From Microcoleus sp. (GTDB taxonomy: Bacteria; Cyanobacteriota; Cyanobacteriia; Cyanobacteriales; Microcoleaceae): a DNA stretch of 64,000 bases. The stretch is taken from positions 608,001 to 672,000 of the forward strand of contig JAYFMW010000005.1 in assembly GCA_042408215.1 (NCBI GenBank). Direction: 5' to 3'. Both the position numbers and the translations under genes were made by a program. The first letter of the stretch is position 1. Each line of letters opens with the position of its first letter. Of the stretch, positions 57,924-64,000 are shown one piece after another. The notes under the pieces were generated by a model, which did no database searches, was not told the origin of the DNA, and saw only the letters and a program-made list of their open reading frames with translations.

Positions 57924-58424
57924 TTAGCTTTTGTCTAACAACGACCTCCATTCTCTCACAGCAAAAGGAGGAACCAGCAATTCTCTGTCCCTGTCACCTT
58001 GCACTGACAGACTTAACCGCAAAGGTCGATCGGTTTCCAGTTGTGTGACTATTGGTTTAAAATCATATTCCCCGACATTTACTGGCAAATCTGACTCAGA
58101 CCAAATATCATTTGCCTTACCAATCTCGACCTTACCCGCAGTCACTTTCAGCGGCACTGGGTGCAGCAATTCTGTGCCGGGAAATCCTACCAATCTCAGG
58201 TTTAAGGAGTTGACTATTCCCGAATTTACTCGCTTGTACAAAACTACTTGCCATGCTTTGTCATCATTATCTCGCAAGCTTTGTACTGAGCGAAACATTA
58301 CTTGATCGACTGTTTCTGGATATTTGTGAATCTCAGCAAAAGCGGGCTGGCTGTTGGCTATTATTAGATAGAGACACAAGCTAATAATAGTGATAAATTT
58401 GCGCCAATAATCATGTTTTTTCAT
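57924..58424 (-). CDS. DUF3122-like secreted protein
   Basis: Signal peptide; SLRD..AWQVVLYKR..LRLVGFPG motif. Confidence 0.75.
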   Translation of the reverse strand: MKKHDYWRKFITIISLCLYLIIANSQPAFAEIHKYPETVDQVMFRSVQSLRDNDDKAWQVVLYKRVNSGIVNSLNLRLVGFPGTELLHPVPLKVTAGKVEIGKANDIWSESDLPVNVGEYDFKPIVTQLETDRPLRLSLSVQGDRDRELLVPPFAVREWRSLLDKS

Positions 58425-58468
58425 TTTTTAATACTTCCTATGAAGGTTTTTATTAAGGACTTTAGTCC

Positions 58469-58840
58469 TTATTTCCAATCATTTTCAGATTGCGACAACA
58501 CGTAGGCGGCCACATCGCTAATTTGTTGTTCGGACAAACGATCTTTGTAAGCGGGCATGATATTTTTACCGTTGGTTACTAAATTGGCAATATTTGCGAT
58601 CGAATCCATACCGTATCGTTTTAATGCTTTTTGTTTCAAGTTTTTGCCGCGTCTGATAATGTTGCTACCGTTGATGTGACAGCCGGCACAGTTGACGCTG
58701 AACACTTCAGCCGCAGTTGCGGGTTTTGTAGTTGTATCCGCTAGGGCGGTTTGGGGAGTCGAGCCAATTCCTACAAATACCAGTGTCAGTATTAATATGG
58801 TCGCGCCGAGCAGTTTTTTTAAGTGAGTTGGGAAAGTCAT
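58469..58840 (-). CDS. petJ: Cytochrome c6 (or c6-like)
   Basis: Signal peptide, CAGCH, NGKNIMPAY and VAAYVL. Confidence 0.85.
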   Translation of the reverse strand: MTFPTHLKKLLGATILILTLVFVGIGSTPQTALADTTTKPATAAEVFSVNCAGCHINGSNIIRRGKNLKQKALKRYGMDSIANIANLVTNGKNIMPAYKDRLSEQQISDVAAYVLSQSENDWK

Positions 58841-59129
58841 TGATTTGCAGGTTAAGCAATAGTGTTTGACTTAATGATATCACTAAATACATATTTGGGA
58901 TTAATCTCGTTTCCGGTTGCAGCGGAATTATTTAACCACAGAGGACGCAGAGAACACAGAGGGAGATGAGGGAGAGAGTAATTCCGATGCAGTGCGGATT
59001 TGAAATAAGTTATAAAAACATAACTCTCTAGTCGGTTTTTAACCGACTTTAGCTATGAGACAGGTTTAAACCCCTTTCGGACTATGGAAAAGTGTATTAA
59101 ACTCAACTTTTAACGAACTGTATTCCCGC

Positions 59130-60614
59130 TCATTCTTCCCAGTCAAACGTGCGCGTAACTGCTTTTTTCCAAAAATGATACTTTTGTTCGCGAAGGGCGA
59201 TCGACATTTTTGGCTCCCAAGTAAAATCTACGGCCCAATTATTCCGCAATTCTTCTAGATGACTCCAAAAACCCACTGCTAAACCGGCCGCATAAGCCGC
59301 ACCTAGTGCAGTAGTTTCTGCTACCACAGGGCGCACCACTGGGACTCCTAAAACATCGCTTTGAAACTGCATCAACGTGTGATTTACCACCATTCCGCCG
59401 TCTACTTTTAAAGATAAAAGTTCTACGCCGGAATCTTGATTCATCGCATCCAATACTTCTCGTGTTTGCCATGCTGTGGCTTCCAATACGGCGCGGGAAA
59501 TATGTGCCTTAGTCACGTAGCGAGTTAAACCTGCAATTACTCCCCGCGCGCTGTCTTTCCAATAGGGTGCGTAGAGTCCAGAAAAGGCAGGGACAAAGTA
59601 AATTCCTGCGCTATCTTCAACTGTTTTTGCTAATGTTTCTACTTCCGCAGATGTCGCAATCATGCCTAAATTATCCCGCAACCATTGCACTAATGCTCCG
59701 GCGATCGCAATACTGCCTTCCAAAGCATACACCGCCGGCGATTCTCCGAGCTTGTAGGCGACTGTTGTCAGCAACCCTTGCTTTGAAGGGACGATCGCCT
59801 CACCGGTGTTCAGCAGCATAAAACAGCCCGTACCGTAAGTATTTTTCGCCTCTCCCCTACTGAAACAAGTTTGCCCGACCAGAGCAGCCTGCCGATCGCC
59901 TAAAGCAGCAGCAATCGGAACACCTGCAAGCAATCCTTTTGCAGTTCCAAAAACTTGACTCGAAGGGCGAATTTCTGGCAGCATTTGTCTGGGAATTTCC
60001 ATTATTTCCAAAGTTTCCGCATCCCAATCAATGGTTTGCAAATCCATCAACATTGTGCGACTGGCGTTAGTAACATCGGTAATGTGGATACCGCCAGTTA
60101 AGTTCCAAATTAGAAATGTATCGACATTGCCAAAAATTGCATCGCCTCGGATTGCATCCGATCGCAATCCTGGAATATTGTCCAGCATCCATTTAATTTT
60201 AGGCCCGCTGAAATAAGTGACCAGCGGCAAACCGCACTTTTCTCGAAACCGATCTTTGCCGCCAATTTCAGATAGTCGATCGCAAATTTGGCTAGTGCGG
60301 GTATCTTGCCAAACAATCGCATTTCCGTAAGGTTTTCCCGTCTTTTTATTCCAAACAATCGTAGTTTCTCGCTGGTTAGTAATGCCGATCGCAGCAATGT
60401 TTTTGGGGTCGATATTGCTTGTTTGAAGTGTAGTTTTAATCCCCCTTTGAGTGCGTTCCCAAATTTCGTCTGGATTGTGTTCTACCCATCCGGGATGCGG
60501 GTAAATTTGCTGGTGTTCTTGTTGGTTGCTGGCAACTATCTGTCCCGCGCGATCGAAGATCATAAATCGGGTGCTAGTTGTTCCTTGGTCGATGGCTGCT
60601 ACGTATTTTGCCAA
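59130..60614 (-). CDS. glpK: Glycerol kinase
   Basis: [33 protein letters not shown] and ETTALGAA motifs; probable TTG start at 60614. Confidence 0.95.
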   Translation of the reverse strand: MAKYVAAIDQGTTSTRFMIFDRAGQIVASNQQEHQQIYPHPGWVEHNPDEIWERTQRGIKTTLQTSNIDPKNIAAIGITNQRETTIVWNKKTGKPYGNAIVWQDTRTSQICDRLSEIGGKDRFREKCGLPLVTYFSGPKIKWMLDNIPGLRSDAIRGDAIFGNVDTFLIWNLTGGIHITDVTNASRTMLMDLQTIDWDAETLEIMEIPRQMLPEIRPSSQVFGTAKGLLAGVPIAAALGDRQAALVGQTCFSRGEAKNTYGTGCFMLLNTGEAIVPSKQGLLTTVAYKLGESPAVYALEGSIAIAGALVQWLRDNLGMIATSAEVETLAKTVEDSAGIYFVPAFSGLYAPYWKDSARGVIAGLTRYVTKAHISRAVLEATAWQTREVLDAMNQDSGVELLSLKVDGGMVVNHTLMQFQSDVLGVPVVRPVVAETTALGAAYAAGLAVGFWSHLEELRNNWAVDFTWEPKMSIALREQKYHFWKKAVTRTFDWEE

Positions 60615-60813
60615 TTGTCCTAAACCTTTTTGGTTGTTAGCTATTTTGGCTTTTAAGCGATATTTATTATATCCCAATTCTATTCACATCTTACACCTCT
60701 GTCAGGAACAGGCAAGATGCCTGTTCCACAAGAGTTAAATGTTCTTGTGGGGTATCCTGCTCTGAAAGCCTTATTGACAAATGCTCCTATTCGGTGAGTT
60801 TCTACCCACTTAC

Positions 60814-62016
60814 TTACACAATCTCCCCGTCAATTTCACCGAACTCGATTTGGGTTCCTAATGCTAAAGTTAAGGTGTTCTCAGGTTCTACCATTTTTAT
60901 GTCGCCTTGAATGTCTGTTACCCACCACGCGCGATCGGACAAATTTTTTAATCCCAATGAAAGCTCGTCTCTTGGATGAGAATTGACAGTAGCTACAACA
61001 CCGTTAGATGCGGCGGCTGTTAAAGTCGGTATGTCAGATGTTAATAACTGAGTTCCGGCACTCAAAGGAATAATTCTACTTCCTAATTTCAGGGAAAATT
61101 GGCTGCTGGTAAAACAATTTACTGCGGGCTGATCTGATATAAATGTAGGCGGAACATTCGCCGGAGTTGGGGCTGGTAAGTCCGAGTTTCCGACTGTCAC
61201 CGTACAATTTCCGATTCTTTTTTGGTCGCCCGATCGCAAATAACTCACGGCCCCATTATCAACATTTTCGCAAACAATTTGACCACCTTCCAATTGAAAC
61301 CGCATAGCCAAGGGTGAAACATTCGGAATACAGATAATAGACAAATTATCATCACTCCCAAAAGTCACCGGTTCGGCACCAATAGTCAGAGTGCGATTGA
61401 CTCCGTTATCGTAACTAATTACTAGCCAAGCTTTGTTGAACAAAGTTTCGGCAACAACTAGCATCATTCCGATCGCAAAACCGATCGCCCCACAGCCAGC
61501 TAAACGGCCCACAGTACCCGATAAAGTATAAGCGAACAAAATAAACAAACATCCGCCCAACACGCCTCCAACACCGCCTCCGCCCGCGCCGCGCAGCATT
61601 CCTAAGTTGGGAATCCGTTTGGAAAGTGCCAAGCCTAACAAACTGCCAGCAATTCCCCAACAAACTACTCGCAATAATTCATTGGGGCCAAGGCCGCTGT
61701 AAATGCCTTCGGCGATCGCCCCAGAAACTGCCCCCGCTATTAAACCAAACAATCCGCCATTTTTCAAAGCCTGTTTAATTTGAGGCTTGCCTTTGATATA
61801 GTAATAATAGCCGAACATTATGGCCGCAGCAATGCCACCGCCTACCAATCCAAACCAGCGAGCCGTAGTCAATACACTATCAAAAAAAGATTCCGAATCT
61901 GCGACTCGATCGAACTGCATGAAAGGTTCGGTGATTAAATTGCCCAGGAAACCGCCGACGGCACCGCTAACACCAAACTGCAAAGCTTTTTTAAGGGCTG
62001 ATAGATTTCTGTTCAA
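60814..62016 (-). CDS. Gly-rich multi-pass membrane protein with FHA-like beta-rich C-terminal region
   Basis: About 6 GxxxG-rich helices followed by a soluble region. Confidence 0.65.
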   Translation of the reverse strand: MNRNLSALKKALQFGVSGAVGGFLGNLITEPFMQFDRVADSESFFDSVLTTARWFGLVGGGIAAAIMFGYYYYIKGKPQIKQALKNGGLFGLIAGAVSGAIAEGIYSGLGPNELLRVVCWGIAGSLLGLALSKRIPNLGMLRGAGGGGVGGVLGGCLFILFAYTLSGTVGRLAGCGAIGFAIGMMLVVAETLFNKAWLVISYDNGVNRTLTIGAEPVTFGSDDNLSIICIPNVSPLAMRFQLEGGQIVCENVDNGAVSYLRSGDQKRIGNCTVTVGNSDLPAPTPANVPPTFISDQPAVNCFTSSQFSLKLGSRIIPLSAGTQLLTSDIPTLTAAASNGVVATVNSHPRDELSLGLKNLSDRAWWVTDIQGDIKMVEPENTLTLALGTQIEFGEIDGEIV

Positions 62017-62672
62017 AGTGCACCTGGTTAAAAATTACAGTCAAATTTGACTACAAGCTCGAAAGTCGGCATTGCCGATCGCACCTGATCCCCCACCTCC
62101 GGCGATTTCCCTCCCTGTGAAGGGCAAATTTTTGAACCCCAACCACCGCCCGCCACAAAATCACAGAGCATCTATCGGCTGCACTCCTTACTGTGAGATA
62201 ATCATAACGTTTTTGTCAACGTAATTTTTCAACCCAAAACAGAAAAAGAATATTACAAACTGTTACAGCATTACTCAGAATGTGAACATAATGCCTCAAA
62301 ATACTTGCCAGAGGTAGTTGCGTCACAAGAGCGATCTCGCCCGCAACGACGGTCTCTCGATCGCCACCTAACTGATCTGCTGCAATCTCGATCGCAGATA
62401 TTGCAGATTTAGAGATAGCACCAGTCATGATGTGTGGTATTGTAAGCGACAGGCAAAGTGCAGCCAACACTCGTAGCACCGGCGTCTAAACCAGCGCCGT
62501 CAAACGCCGAAGGTCGCCACCCCCAACAACTTCAACAGTTGCTGTTAAGGTTGGTGTCCAAAAGCGTCAAAGCTCCTGCCGCAAGCGAGAGGTACGGGAT
62601 GCAAGCGCCCACCACCGCTCGGCTGAGCGCGGAGTAGTTCCCATAGCAAAATATCCAGCGGGTACACACAAG

Positions 62673-63158
62673 ATGAGTATCGTCACCAAATCAATCGTGA
62701 ACGCAGATGCCGAAGCTCGTTACCTGAGCCCAGGCGAATTAGACCGGATCAAAAGCTTCGTCACCTCTGGTGAACGCCGCGTCCGCATCGCCCAAATTTT
62801 GAGCGAATCCCGCGAACGTATCGTCAAGCAAGCAGGCGACCAACTTTTCCAAAAACGCCCTGATGTCGTTTCCCCCGGCGGCAACGCTTATGGCGAAGAA
62901 ATGACCGCAACTTGCTTGCGCGACTTGGACTACTACCTGCGTTTGATCACCTACGGAATCGTAGCTGGCGACATTACTCCGATCGAAGAAATCGGTATTG
63001 TTGGCGTCCGCGAAATGTACAAATCCCTGGGCACCCCGATTGAAGCCGTCGCCGAAGGCGTTCGCGCCATGAAAAATGCAGCGAGCTCGCTGCTTTCTGG
63101 AGAAGATGCTTCCGAAGCTTCCTCTTACTTCGACTACGTTATCGGTGCGATGCAGTAA
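62673..63158 (+). CDS. apcA: Allophycocyanin alpha subunit
   Basis: [35 protein letters not shown]. Confidence 0.99.
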   Translation: MSIVTKSIVNADAEARYLSPGELDRIKSFVTSGERRVRIAQILSESRERIVKQAGDQLFQKRPDVVSPGGNAYGEEMTATCLRDLDYYLRLITYGIVAGDITPIEEIGIVGVREMYKSLGTPIEAVAEGVRAMKNAASSLLSGEDASEASSYFDYVIGAMQ

Positions 63159-63320
63159 AGATTTTAGATTTTAGATTTTAGATTGTAGATTGGGAGTTGC
63201 CGACAACCAGCCAAAAGCTTTTGGAGATAACAACCCACTGATAAATCTGAAATCCCAAATCCCAAATCCCAGCTACAAAATTGGACTGAACTCAGCCACT
63301 TTCTAGGAAACAAGACAATC

Positions 63321-63806
63321 ATGCAAGACGCAATTACCGCCGTTATCAATTCCTCTGACGTCCAAGGTAAGTACCTGGACATCAGCGCTCTAGACAAGCT
63401 CAAGAACTACTTCGCTTCTGGCGAACTGCGCGTCCGCGCCGCTACAGCCATCAGCGCCAATGCAGCCACAATCGTCAAAGAAGCAGTTGCTAAGTCTCTG
63501 TTGTACTCTGACGTAACTCGTCCCGGCGGCAATATGTACACAACTCGCCGTTATGCAGCTTGCATCCGCGACTTGGACTACTACCTCCGCTACGCCACCT
63601 ACGCTATGTTGGCTGGCGACCCTTCCATCCTGGATGAGCGCGTGCTCAACGGTTTGAAAGAAACCTACAATTCCTTGGGCGTGCCCATCGGTTCTACCGT
63701 ACAAGCCATCCAAGCTATGAAAGAAGTCACCGCTGGTCTAGTTGGTTCTGACGCTGGTAAAGAAATGGGCGTCTATTTCGACTACATCTGCTCTGGCTTG
63801 AGCTAA
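63321..63806 (+). CDS. apcB: Allophycocyanin beta subunit
   Basis: [33 protein letters not shown]. Confidence 0.99.
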   Translation: MQDAITAVINSSDVQGKYLDISALDKLKNYFASGELRVRAATAISANAATIVKEAVAKSLLYSDVTRPGGNMYTTRRYAACIRDLDYYLRYATYAMLAGDPSILDERVLNGLKETYNSLGVPIGSTVQAIQAMKEVTAGLVGSDAGKEMGVYFDYICSGLS

Positions 63807-63840
63807 GACGAAGGAAGAAGGAAGTTCGGCAACGGATTCT

Positions 63841-63872
63841 GTAACGGATGTAACGGATGTAACGGATGTAAC
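63841..63872. repeat. 9-mer tandem repeat (GTAACGGAT)n
   Basis: gtaacggatgtaacggatgtaacggatgtaac. Confidence 0.8.
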
Positions 63873-64000
63873 AGATTTCAGTCCGATGGAAGTCGGAAGA
63901 AGGAATAAGATTTATTTCTTGCCTTTTTTAACTTTTAACTGTAAACCTTTAACTTTGGACTTGTTACCTTTAGCTTTGAAAGAGGTCAGGGAAGTTATGA

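Overview
Chromosomal window from a filamentous cyanobacterium, probably Oscillatoriales/Microcoleus-like. This is inferred from psbD, apcAB and petJ, dense HIP1 GCGATCGC sites and heptamer tandem repeats. The housekeeping backbone is: pstSCA with a duplicated Pho box, ubiD, stand-alone psbD, a porin, rrf2-cysK, queD, a TPP riboswitch with thiC, rplU-rpmA, petJ, glpK and apcAB. The standout feature is a ~19 kb HIP1-poor island (17189-36337) organised like a polymorphic toxin-immunity locus, but with no Rhs, CdiA, T6SS or T7SS markers. It has a divergent M50 metallopeptidase and a head gene carrying a 'FILERIITPS' leader, dockerin/Ig repeats and a GHL10/DigH-like C-terminal domain, followed by 3 WG-repeat proteins. 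Then come two start-less 'orphan' modules that share a ~2 kb repeat and swap C-termini after ATGGNPLGL, followed by 4 lipoprotein paralogs and by a soluble protein respectively. Toxin-tail scars lie in front of several of the paralogs. Other points: a dynamin-S1 fusion with HNH, an ATPase/nuclease-like pair, a Zn-ribbon-NYN-LOTUS gene, candidate structured RNAs, nested MITEs with a 320-bp triplication, and three +1 frameshifts that may be assembly errors. All family assignments are by-eye motif recognition; no searches were run.
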